Positions 10,001 to 18,260 of a stretch of DNA of 64,000 bases are shown here, in pieces; the stretch's first letter is position 1, and each line of letters begins with the position of its first letter. The stretch lies in NCBI GenBank assembly GCA_050952725.1, contig JBMNLN010000001.1, forward strand, positions 880,108 through 944,107, read 5' to 3'. The notes below the pieces were generated by a model that saw only the letters and a program-made list of their open reading frames with translations, was not told the DNA's origin and did no database searches. The position numbers and the translations under genes are program-made. The DNA comes from Bacilli bacterium (GTDB lineage Bacteria; Bacillota_I; Bacilli_A; RFN20; CAG-826).

Positions 10001-11644
10001 TTAAACGTCTTGGAAACAACTGCCACCTAGAAATTCTTTCATTAAGGAATTTGAAGGAACCCAATTGTCATCCATATCGACAAAATATTTTAGCAGCCGC
10101 AAGAGACGTTCGGCCGTGATAAAGAAGGGGGATTCATAACCGATATTTCTCAATGTCGGCATGGCGACTTTCCGCATGATGGGAAGTTCATAAGGAAGGA
10201 TCGAGTTGTAGACAAAATCCGCACCTTCTTGATAGGGATAAATCCATTTAAACTCCCCCTTACGCACACTTGACCACATCGACATCGTCAATTCTGCGGG
10301 AGCATTCCTAAACTTCAGATCGCGGACTAAACGCCGTAAAAGCCGTAAGTCGGTCAATGAAACCGGATTGTGGTTGTCAATGTTGATCTGGGCTTGGGGT
10401 GAAATATAGATTTTGAATTTTTGGTGTTTGGGAATTAGCGAAGTCAGTTGTTCATTTAAGGCGTGGATTCCTTCGACGATAATCGGCTCACCTTCGGGAA
10501 TTTTTAAGGTTCGACCAGGAATTCGCGTTCCCAGTTTGAAATCAAAAGATGGCAGATGAACCTCATCACCGTTGATCAAATCGAGCATATTTTGATTGAA
10601 GAGATCAATGTCGAGCGCATAGATTGTTTCCAAGTCGGGTTCGCCATTTTCATCAAGAGGTGCATCACGACGCGGAAGATAATAGTCATCTAAGGAAATG
10701 CGAATCGGACTTAATCCCCGTGACATCAGTTCAATTCGCAACCGATTAGCAAAGGTAGTTTTGCCAGAACTCGAAGGACCAGCGATACAGATAAGACGGA
10801 CTCCATGACCATTATTGATGATCATATCACCCAGTTCGACTAGCATCCGATTATGGGTCGCTTCGGCGATATTGATTAAATCGACTGTCCGACCTTGCAA
10901 GATATAATCGTTAATGGATGAGATATTATCGGTCCCGAGGACTTTGGCAGTTTTATAAGCTTCTTTTAAGGTGTGACCATAAGTGGGAGCATCTTCAAAG
11001 AGCGGGATTTGCCCTCCGGCCTCCGCGCGGGGATATTGGATGATGATTCCAGGAGAGTAGAGAATCAAGTTGTAGCGTTTTAAAAAGCCAGTGGAAGGCA
11101 CCATATAACCGTACATATAGTTGAGATAACCATCGCAATCGTAGAAGTGGACAGTCTTTTCAGGGCGGTATTTTAAAATCGCTAATTTGTCTTGAAAGCC
11201 TCGCTCGATATAGATTTGACGGGCCTCATCATTGGGGACAACTTTGCGGATGAAGGGAATGTTCTTTTCGATAAGGCGATCCATTTCCTCTTTTAGTTCG
11301 TTGAACAAAGTACGGTCGACGACGATGTTTGGCTCAAGGATATGCATAAAAATCGAGCGCGATACATTGTAGGAAAAGCGTATCTCATAATCAGGGCGAA
11401 TATTATTCATCGCCATCGCGATTAAGTATCGCAACGATGTTTCATAAACGCGAATCGCCTCGCTATCGTTAGCATCTAAAAATTCGATTTCCGCATCAAA
11501 GTAAACTTCATAAGTCAATTCGCGAATACGATTATTGACCTTGGCACAGATAATCGATTGATGGTTGGACGGCAGCAGATCGAGCAAGCGAACTTTATGT
11601 TCAAATTCCTTTTCTTGCCCAAGAAATTTCAATACAAAACTCAT
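10001..11644 (-). CDS. long-form uridine/nucleoside kinase with an N-terminal TGS-like extension
   Basis: The C-terminal half has the P-loop LICIAGPSSSGKTTFANRL and the uridine kinase/PRK fold pattern. The ~250-aa N-terminal extension matches the ~550-aa clostridial-type udk-family proteins. Confidence 0.6.
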   Translation of the reverse strand: MSFVLKFLGQEKEFEHKVRLLDLLPSNHQSIICAKVNNRIRELTYEVYFDAEIEFLDANDSEAIRVYETSLRYLIAMAMNNIRPDYEIRFSYNVSRSIFMHILEPNIVVDRTLFNELKEEMDRLIEKNIPFIRKVVPNDEARQIYIERGFQDKLAILKYRPEKTVHFYDCDGYLNYMYGYMVPSTGFLKRYNLILYSPGIIIQYPRAEAGGQIPLFEDAPTYGHTLKEAYKTAKVLGTDNISSINDYILQGRTVDLINIAEATHNRMLVELGDMIINNGHGVRLICIAGPSSSGKTTFANRLRIELMSRGLSPIRISLDDYYLPRRDAPLDENGEPDLETIYALDIDLFNQNMLDLINGDEVHLPSFDFKLGTRIPGRTLKIPEGEPIIVEGIHALNEQLTSLIPKHQKFKIYISPQAQINIDNHNPVSLTDLRLLRRLVRDLKFRNAPAELTMSMWSSVRKGEFKWIYPYQEGADFVYNSILPYELPIMRKVAMPTLRNIGYESPFFITAERLLRLLKYFVDMDDNWVPSNSLMKEFLGGSCFQDV

Positions 11645-11777
11645 ATGATATGTTTCCTCTAAATTCTATGTGTTGTGGTGTAATTCTACCAAGTGCCCGC
11701 CTTTCTTGCAACTAAATCTCTCGGCGATCAAATGCAATTTATTATTTAAGTAGTCTGAATCGAGGATTTCTTGCAAC

Positions 11778-11802
11778 TTGACCAAATAAAAAATGTTATA
11801 AT
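11778..11802 (+). promoter_or_regulatory. putative sigma-A promoter with extended -10 upstream of mscS
   Basis: TTGACC ... TGtTATAAT. The spacer is short, so the extended -10 is probably dominant. Confidence 0.3.
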
Positions 11803-11834
11803 AACGACGATTTAAGATAAGTTGAGGCAAAGTT

Positions 11835-12689
11835 ATGAAAGTTTTATCCGCTGTATCTGATTATTTCGCCAATTTATGGGAGCAGATTAAGACCTTTTTT
11901 ACCAATAATGGCTCTGAGATTATCACGCGAACCTTTTTTGCAATTTTAGCAATTGTCGTCGGTCATTATCTAATTAAACTCCTGATCTATATTCTCCGAA
12001 AAGCCCTAAAGATCAATGATAAACGCGTCGATCGTTCGGCCCGGGCCTTCTTGATTAATCTGCTCAAGTTAGTTTTGCGGATTTTGCTCGTGCTTTTAGT
12101 CCTTTCGATTATTAAAGTTGATCTCACAGGTTTAGCAACGATCATTTCGGCTGCTGTCTTAGCTATTGGGCTTTCGGTTCAAGATGTCATCTCCAATTTC
12201 GCAAGTGGAGTCATCATCTTAACGACCAAGCCATTCTTAACGGGGCAGTGGGTGGAAATTGATGGGGCCAGTGGCAGTGTCGAAAGCGTCGGGATGCTCA
12301 CGACTACCTTGGTGACCATCGATCAACAATTAGTAGTGATCCCCAATAAAGCAGTCGTTAATTCAAAGATTAAAAATTATCACATGAAGCCGACGCGAAG
12401 GGCAAATATTACACTCGATTTCCCCTTTGATGTCGATGTCGAACAAGTACGTTCAATCGCCATGGAGTTAATCAACGCTGAAGAGCGAATTTTAAGTGCC
12501 CCCGCACCGATGGTCGTCGTTGCCACCTTGACGGACCTCGGGGTCGGAATTAGCATTCGTTTCTATGTCCCAACTGGTGATTACTGGAACGTCTACTTTA
12601 AATACAATGAGGACTTAATTGGCGCTCTAAAGAAGGCTAACATCATCGCTTTATATCGAACTTATCAACTTGAAGTCACCAATAAATAA
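11835..12689 (+). CDS. mscS: small-conductance mechanosensitive channel, MscS family
   Basis: N-terminal TM helices followed by the MscS beta-domain pattern (...TKPFLTGQWVEIDGASGSVESVGMLTTTLVTIDQQLVVIPN...). Confidence 0.7.
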   Translation: MKVLSAVSDYFANLWEQIKTFFTNNGSEIITRTFFAILAIVVGHYLIKLLIYILRKALKINDKRVDRSARAFLINLLKLVLRILLVLLVLSIIKVDLTGLATIISAAVLAIGLSVQDVISNFASGVIILTTKPFLTGQWVEIDGASGSVESVGMLTTTLVTIDQQLVVIPNKAVVNSKIKNYHMKPTRRANITLDFPFDVDVEQVRSIAMELINAEERILSAPAPMVVVATLTDLGVGISIRFYVPTGDYWNVYFKYNEDLIGALKKANIIALYRTYQLEVTNK

Positions 12690-12702
12690 ATGATGTATTC
12701 AC

Positions 12703-12735
12703 CAAAAAGCCGGCAAAACATTGCCGGTTTTTTTA
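12703..12735. terminator. bidirectional Rho-independent terminator
   Basis: Stem gccggcaa-aaca-ttgccggc flanked by an A-run and a T-run, between convergent genes. Confidence 0.55.
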
Positions 12736-12750
12736 TGACATTTATTATGA

Positions 12751-13557
12751 CTATCCGAATAAAGTGATAAATGAAGAGCTGTTTTCGCCATTAAAAGATA
12801 GGTTAATGCGCTTGCCATCGACCGCATAATTAAGACATGCTCCTTGCGCTAAATCGAGTGCATAAGTGGTACTTAGTTCATTTTGAAGTTCGAATGCAAG
12901 ATAGTTCCAATCGATGAAGTAAAACTTTTCTCGCCGACTTAAAACCGGTTTGAGCGAGTTGAAAAGTGCGCTGGCGTTTTCTTTTTGATAATCGAGGAAG
13001 AAGAGATAGTTTTCCTCTTCAAAAAGCGAGTTGATATTTGTCGGCGGAAAGACATAATTGATTGAGCTTTTCCTCGTATAACCATCAATTAAGTTTTTCA
13101 CTTGGAGATAACTGCGCAAACGACTACTTCCTATATGGTCATAGCGAATTTGTCCTGCTTGATAAAAAAGGATTGTCGGTGTTCCTAAAAACTCATAAAC
13201 ACCCTCATAATGCTTCGCCAACTGCGATGCAATGGCATAATCGGTCACATCGAGATAATAGATTAGCGCTTTGCTTTTAGCGATATATTCGCGGATGGCT
13301 GTCCCAGCAAATTGACAATCACTACAATAGCGTTCGTCTTGACCGACATAGAGGATGAAGTCCTCCTTACCCGCTTCAAGGATCGGAAGATGAGCAAGGG
13401 GAATTACCACGGCATAATCAGTAATTGGTTGATTCTCATAATTATTACTAAGTGCGGGGACTCCGTAATGAAAGGGGAGATAAATGCGGTCTTTTTCCGC
13501 GATTCCGCAACTAGTAAGTAAGGAGCTAAATAGGATAAGGCTTATTGTTTTTTTCAT
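12751..13557 (-). CDS. lipoprotein, thioredoxin-like with CxxC motif
   Basis: The likely start is MKKTISLILFSSLLTSCG (lipobox LLTSC), since the ORF-track upstream extension lacks a signal peptide. The motif YCSDCQ sits after a beta-strand (FILYVGQDERYCSDC), as in a thioredoxin fold. Confidence 0.5.
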   Translation of the reverse strand: MKKTISLILFSSLLTSCGIAEKDRIYLPFHYGVPALSNNYENQPITDYAVVIPLAHLPILEAGKEDFILYVGQDERYCSDCQFAGTAIREYIAKSKALIYYLDVTDYAIASQLAKHYEGVYEFLGTPTILFYQAGQIRYDHIGSSRLRSYLQVKNLIDGYTRKSSINYVFPPTNINSLFEEENYLFFLDYQKENASALFNSLKPVLSRREKFYFIDWNYLAFELQNELSTTYALDLAQGACLNYAVDGKRINLSFNGENSSSFITLFG

Positions 13558-13606
13558 GCGCTTATTATAACATAGGGGCAAGAGATTTATGCATAGGAGT
13601 ATCCAC

Positions 13607-14149
13607 ATGAATATATGGCATGATATTGATCCGCGCCGGATCACCCCGCAGGAATTTGATGCGGTTGTGGAGATTAATAAAGGTTCCAAAAATAAATATG
13701 AACTCGATAAAGAGACCGGCCTCTTAAAATTAGACCGCGTCCTTTATACTTCAACCCACTACCCGCAGAACTATGGTTTTATCCCGCATACTTGGACGGA
13801 TGATGACGACCCTTTAGATGTGATGATTATCACCTCGGAGCCAGTCACCCCCTTAACGATTGTCCGCTGTCGTCCAATTGGAATTTTCCGCATGGAAGAT
13901 GGCGGGGAAATCGATGAGAAAATCATTGCGATTTGCGTCCATGATCCCACCTATAAGGACATCACGGAAATTCGCGATTTACCCCAACACCTTTTTGAGG
14001 AAATTCGCCATTTTTTCCAGGTCTATAAATCCTTGGAATCAAAAGAGACTTATGTCCACCAAATCCAAGATCAAAAACTCGCGATGGCGACGATTGAACG
14101 GGCGATGAAAAGTTATCGAGAGCTTTTCTACCAAAAGTTCGTCAAGTAA
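13607..14149 (+). CDS. ppa: inorganic pyrophosphatase, family I
   Basis: MNIWHDIDP...YPQNYGFIPHTWTDDDDPLDVMII is the canonical soluble PPase signature. The start is taken at the internal M (MNIWHD) of the ORF-track ORF. Confidence 0.85.
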   Translation: MNIWHDIDPRRITPQEFDAVVEINKGSKNKYELDKETGLLKLDRVLYTSTHYPQNYGFIPHTWTDDDDPLDVMIITSEPVTPLTIVRCRPIGIFRMEDGGEIDEKIIAICVHDPTYKDITEIRDLPQHLFEEIRHFFQVYKSLESKETYVHQIQDQKLAMATIERAMKSYRELFYQKFVK

Positions 14150-14978
14150 GCCGCTTGCATAAACGTTGTTTTTTCGAAAGAGCGATCTCAGCAAAGATCG
14201 CTTTTTTTGTTTTTTGATAATAAGCCTCCGCCCAGTAATACCAAAGCAAATCAATCAAGGTGATATAGCGCTTCAAGAAATCCTCTGTAATCGGAAAATG
14301 ATTTTGGAGAACATCGGAGAAATATAGCTTTAAGTTTTCATCGCTGTCAATATCGTTTTCAGTTAAAAACGAAAGATGGTCGAACAGCGGATCATTTAAT
14401 CCCGCATATTCATAATCGATCAGGAGGAGTTTTTCTCCTTGAAAGAGAAGATTGCCGCGCACGACATCATTATGGCAAAGGCGTAGGGGAGTATTGTCAA
14501 AATAAAGGCGAAACTCCTCTAAAAGTTCCGCTTCAAGTTTTGGGAAAAGCGGTGGTACTTGACCGAGTCTTTGATAGGTCAAATAGCGATTTATCGGATC
14601 AAACAAACGAACATCATCAACGGGTAATTGATGGAGTTTTTGCAGAGTATTAGCCACGAGTGTGAACTCTTTTTTAGTGGGTTGATCACTTAAATATCGC
14701 GTATTTTCTAAATAAGCGGAAATTAAAATCCCAGTTTCATCATCGGATGCAAGGACTGGTGCACTCAAACCGAGGTCAGCCATGAGATTTTGAATTCGGG
14801 CATCATTTTGCAGATGGCCAAACGGATCAAGACTCGGGGTTTTAACTTTCATCGCATATTTCCCGTTAATCAAATAGTTGATATTCGAAATTCCATCCTG
14901 CAAAATTGTCACGTTACAAATTGTAGTTTGCATCAACTTGGTAAAAGTCTCAATCACAATAGGAGATAATTTATCCAT
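14142..14978 (-). CDS. phosphotransferase of the APH/choline-ethanolamine kinase family
   Basis: Brenner motif LCHNDVVRGNLLF (HxDxxxxN) and an IDYEYAGLNDPLFD motif similar to the choline kinase motif. Length is 278 aa. Confidence 0.55.
   Translation of the reverse strand: MDKLSPIVIETFTKLMQTTICNVTILQDGISNINYLINGKYAMKVKTPSLDPFGHLQNDARIQNLMADLGLSAPVLASDDETGILISAYLENTRYLSDQPTKKEFTLVANTLQKLHQLPVDDVRLFDPINRYLTYQRLGQVPPLFPKLEAELLEEFRLYFDNTPLRLCHNDVVRGNLLFQGEKLLLIDYEYAGLNDPLFDHLSFLTENDIDSDENLKLYFSDVLQNHFPITEDFLKRYITLIDLLWYYWAEAYYQKTKKAIFAEIALSKKQRLCKRLT
14181..14210 (+). terminator. Rho-independent terminator of ppa
   Basis: Stem agcgatct-cagca-agatcgct followed by TTTTTTTG. It lies inside the 3' end of the convergent kinase-like ORF. 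Confidence 0.5.
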
Positions 14979-15051
14979 ATTATCATTATAGTAAAATAGA
15001 TGAAAAATGCTGATAAAAGTCGTAAACTATAATGCGCTCAGGTAATTCGAT

Positions 15052-15558
15052 ATGCTTCACCTTATCCTTTATCACCCAGAAATTCCTCAAAACACCGGTA
15101 ATATCTTACGGACCGCCGCGGTCCTTAACGCGCATGTCCATATTATCGGACCTTTACCATTTGCTTTGGATAATAAGAGTTTGCAAAGAGCGGGAATGGA
15201 TTATATCGATCCGCGCCATTTTACTTATTATCCAGATTATGATACTTTTGCGAAAAAAGTTCCCGCGGAAAAAATCTACTATGTGACCCGCTATGGCAAT
15301 CATATCTACACTGAAGTTGACTTTAGCCAACCATTGATCAATCACTATTTGATGTTTGGCCGCGAGTCGACGGGGATTGATGATCAGATTTTAAGAAAAT
15401 ATCGCGAGCGCACTTTGCGGATTCCCATGCTTGCCACCGCGCGTTCGTTAAATCTCTCCAATGCGGTGGCCATTGTCGCTTATGAAGTGATGCGACAGCA
15501 GAAGTTTGAAAACCTCGCTACCCAAGAACAACTGAAAGGCCCTAATTTTTTAAAATGA
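15052..15558 (+). CDS. trmL: tRNA (cytidine/uridine-2'-O)-methyltransferase, SpoU/TrmL
   Basis: MLHLILYHPEIPQNTGNILRTAAVLNAHVHIIGP and the C-terminal SLNLSNAVAIVAYE knot motif. Length is ~168 aa. Confidence 0.8.
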   Translation: MLHLILYHPEIPQNTGNILRTAAVLNAHVHIIGPLPFALDNKSLQRAGMDYIDPRHFTYYPDYDTFAKKVPAEKIYYVTRYGNHIYTEVDFSQPLINHYLMFGRESTGIDDQILRKYRERTLRIPMLATARSLNLSNAVAIVAYEVMRQQKFENLATQEQLKGPNFLK

Positions 15559-16055
15559 AGCATCGAGTTCCCTTGTTCTTCCCCCTTTTCATCGCGCTGA
15601 GTTTGTTTTCTTGTACAAAACCGAATGATAAACCCACTTTTCAAATGGAAGTGAGCTATGTGGAAAATGGCGGCGTGGTCGATGCAACCGCTGACTTTAT
15701 CTATGAACAAGTCGTCACCTTACAAACCAATTTCATCTTCATGATTAGCGTTAGTGAATGTGCGGTATGTACCCAAGCGCGAGCGGATGTTGCCAATTAT
15801 GCGCAGTACAAACATCTCAATGTCTATTACATTGAACTGGATGGTCTTAGCGATGACGATTATACCACCTTGCGTCTAGTGACTTTGGAATACGGGGAAA
15901 AAGCCAAAGCCCTGCCCGCTTTAATCTCAGAAAGTACAACGATAGCCTTACCGATGCTTTATTTATTTTATCAAGGTCAAGGGCTAGCCTTTGCCCAGGA
16001 ATCATTTACCGTGACGATCGCGCGTTATGTGAAAGTCGCCCCTGATAGCGACTAG
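15555..16055 (+). CDS. lipoprotein, thioredoxin-like with CxxC motif
   Basis: Signal peptide plus lipobox (LSLFSC). FIFMISVSECAVCTQ is a beta-strand followed by CxxC. Confidence 0.45.
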   Translation: MKHRVPLFFPLFIALSLFSCTKPNDKPTFQMEVSYVENGGVVDATADFIYEQVVTLQTNFIFMISVSECAVCTQARADVANYAQYKHLNVYYIELDGLSDDDYTTLRLVTLEYGEKAKALPALISESTTIALPMLYLFYQGQGLAFAQESFTVTIARYVKVAPDSD

Positions 16056-17559
16056 CTTGTTCATAATATAATTTTGTTGCTTCGGAAATTTCGCGAATAT
16101 ACAACGTCTGATGATTTAAAAGATGAACACGACCAGGCCGGTCGCCTTTTTTGACGTATTTCTGGTCGGTCAATTGAACTTCACCGCTAGGCAGTCCCGA
16201 ACTCAAGAGGGCGATTTCCGCGGCGAGTTGTATTATATGTTTCGGCGGATTTTCATCGAAGATAATCACATGAGCAGAAGGGGTATTGGCCGTGTGAAAG
16301 AAGTAGTCTTTCGGTCGGGCCAGATGAAAGGTCAGATAGTCATTTTGTAAATTATTTTTACCAAAGCCAATCCGGTATTCATCAACGGTAATTACATAAG
16401 GATGAACGGCAGCTGGCTTTTTCACCCGATGATTCATCCGGGGGAAATAACCATTGAGTGCGAGTTCAGTTTTGATTTCTTTGAGTTCTTCCTCGCTCGC
16501 AGTCTGGGAAAAAAATGCAACTTGTTCAAAGTAAACTAGTTCATTGTTGGCCTCATCAATTTGGACTTGTAAGGCATCGAGGGCTACTTTGGCTTTTTTC
16601 GCCTTTTTAAAGTAGGCTCGGGCATTTTCAAAGACGGTTTTCAAAGGGTCGAGGGGAATTTCAATTTCATTGAGGATTACCTTCTTTTGATGAGGGGCAA
16701 TTTCATCATAATAAGTGAGTAAGAGATTGCCGACCTCGGTGAGATGAACATCTTTTTTCGCTTTTTGCAACTCGGTTTCTAAGCGGCGAATCTTATGGGG
16801 GATTTGCTTTAATTTCTTGCTAGTTAAATCGAAGACATCTTTGAATAATTCCTGTTGTCTCTTCTTGCCTAAGGCCTGAAATTGCCGGTCAAAAAAACTC
16901 TCGGGGCTCAGGCGCACACTGCGCTGATCATCGTAAAAAGGAAACGAAGAATATGGTCCATCTTCATTGGCAAAAAGGTCGATTTGCTTGATGATTTCCT
17001 TTGGATCGAGGTTCTTTTTTTCAATCATCGCCTTTTCTATTCGCGAAAAGGGAGTGACTTTGTTAACTCTTTGCGGGGGAGTATATTCCATATTTACCAG
17101 CAAGGGACGCGCGACATCCAGCGACTTGGACGGTTTATGCAGGGCGATAATTTTATTGGATTGATCGATGAGCAAGAGATTGGCCATCATCGGAATTAAC
17201 TCCAGCACCAAGCGATATTCTCTTTTTTCATATGCGGGAGTGATCACATCCAAGGTAAAGAAGATAATCCGATCGACTTCATCAATGTTTATTTTCCGAA
17301 TGAAGGCATTGTTCAGTTCTTTTTTCAAGATTTGAAAAAAGTTGGAGGTTTGCCCACTTCCAGGTAAATCACACCTGGTTAAGGTTAAGTAAGGCGCCGC
17401 GTTATCTAAAGAAATTACCAGTTTTAAATCCTTGCTCCGCGAGAGATGAAAAGCATAACTACCCGGGGCATAACGGGTAATTCGGCGAATATAAGCCCCT
17501 TCTACTTCGGGGGCAATCTGCCCGACCATCGCTGTTAAAAATGCCTGTGATAACGCCAT
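16006..17559 (-). CDS. rqcH: RqcH/FbpA-family ribosome quality-control protein (NFACT domains)
   Basis: NFACT-N-like N-terminus (MALSQAFLTAMVGQIA...), central coiled coil, and a C-terminal NFACT-R/DUF814 (PSAHVIIFDENPP). The start is taken at the ATG at 17559, which has a GAGG RBS. The ORF-track extension to 17646 has none. Confidence 0.7.
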   Translation of the reverse strand: MALSQAFLTAMVGQIAPEVEGAYIRRITRYAPGSYAFHLSRSKDLKLVISLDNAAPYLTLTRCDLPGSGQTSNFFQILKKELNNAFIRKINIDEVDRIIFFTLDVITPAYEKREYRLVLELIPMMANLLLIDQSNKIIALHKPSKSLDVARPLLVNMEYTPPQRVNKVTPFSRIEKAMIEKKNLDPKEIIKQIDLFANEDGPYSSFPFYDDQRSVRLSPESFFDRQFQALGKKRQQELFKDVFDLTSKKLKQIPHKIRRLETELQKAKKDVHLTEVGNLLLTYYDEIAPHQKKVILNEIEIPLDPLKTVFENARAYFKKAKKAKVALDALQVQIDEANNELVYFEQVAFFSQTASEEELKEIKTELALNGYFPRMNHRVKKPAAVHPYVITVDEYRIGFGKNNLQNDYLTFHLARPKDYFFHTANTPSAHVIIFDENPPKHIIQLAAEIALLSSGLPSGEVQLTDQKYVKKGDRPGRVHLLNHQTLYIREISEATKLYYEQASRYQGRLSHNARSSR

Positions 17560-17660
17560 AGATGCCTCGAAAAAATTATAGCATAGTTCTTGGCTTTGAT
17601 TGACAAATGGTGTTTTCCATATAAAAATAAATGTATTCTTCAACAAGAGGCTTATAGATT

Positions 17661-18245
17661 ATGAAAAAGGGTTTGCTTATCATCGTTAGTGGTCCTTCTG
17701 GGGTCGGCAAAGGCACAGTTTTAAAAAAAGTGATGGATGATCGAAGACTCAATTTGGTATTTTCGATCTCGATGACCACCCGCGCCATTCGAGATCATGA
17801 AGTCGATGGTAAGAACTACTTTTTTGTTTCACCGGAAAAATTCCAACAAGTGGTGGACGAAGATGGCTTTCTCGAACATGTCGAATTTGTCGGCAACCGC
17901 TACGGCACCCCGAAAGCATATGTGGAAAAGCTTCGCCAACAGGGGAAAAACGTCGTCTTAGAAATCGAAGTTGAAGGGGCTAAACAAGTTATGGACCGCG
18001 TGCGCGATCAACGCCTCCTCACCTTTTTCTTAATCCCTCCCTCCCTTACTGAACTAAAAAAGCGCATTGTCGGCAGGAAGACCGAAAGCGAAGAAGTCGT
18101 CAAACTCCGTCTTGACAAGGCGGAAAGAGAACTCGCCGAAAAATTCCTCTATCAGTATATTATTTTAAATGATGATCCCGATCGTGCGGCGGAAGAGATG
18201 CGCGGAATTATCTACAGTAAACTCACCGCCCGGATCATCGGGTAA
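17661..18245 (+). CDS. gmk: guanylate kinase
   Basis: LLIIVSGPSGVGKGTVLKKV P-loop and the Gmk fold pattern. Length is 194 aa. Confidence 0.9.
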   Translation: MKKGLLIIVSGPSGVGKGTVLKKVMDDRRLNLVFSISMTTRAIRDHEVDGKNYFFVSPEKFQQVVDEDGFLEHVEFVGNRYGTPKAYVEKLRQQGKNVVLEIEVEGAKQVMDRVRDQRLLTFFLIPPSLTELKKRIVGRKTESEEVVKLRLDKAERELAEKFLYQYIILNDDPDRAAEEMRGIIYSKLTARIIG

Positions 18246-18260
18246 ACTCAAGAGGATTTC

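Noticed and set aside
13558-13689. Upstream 44-aa extension of the CxxC lipoprotein ORF (MEPLLISTTASNSCG...).
   Set aside because: The signal peptide and lipobox start at the internal MKKTISLILFSSLLTSC. The extension would overlap the ppa promoter and start.
17560-17646. Upstream 29-aa extension of rqcH (MLKNTFIFIWKTPFVNQSQELCYNFFEAS).
   Set aside because: It has no RBS. The downstream ATG at 17559 has a GAGG RBS and begins the conserved NFACT-N sequence. The extension would also run into the divergent gmk promoter region.
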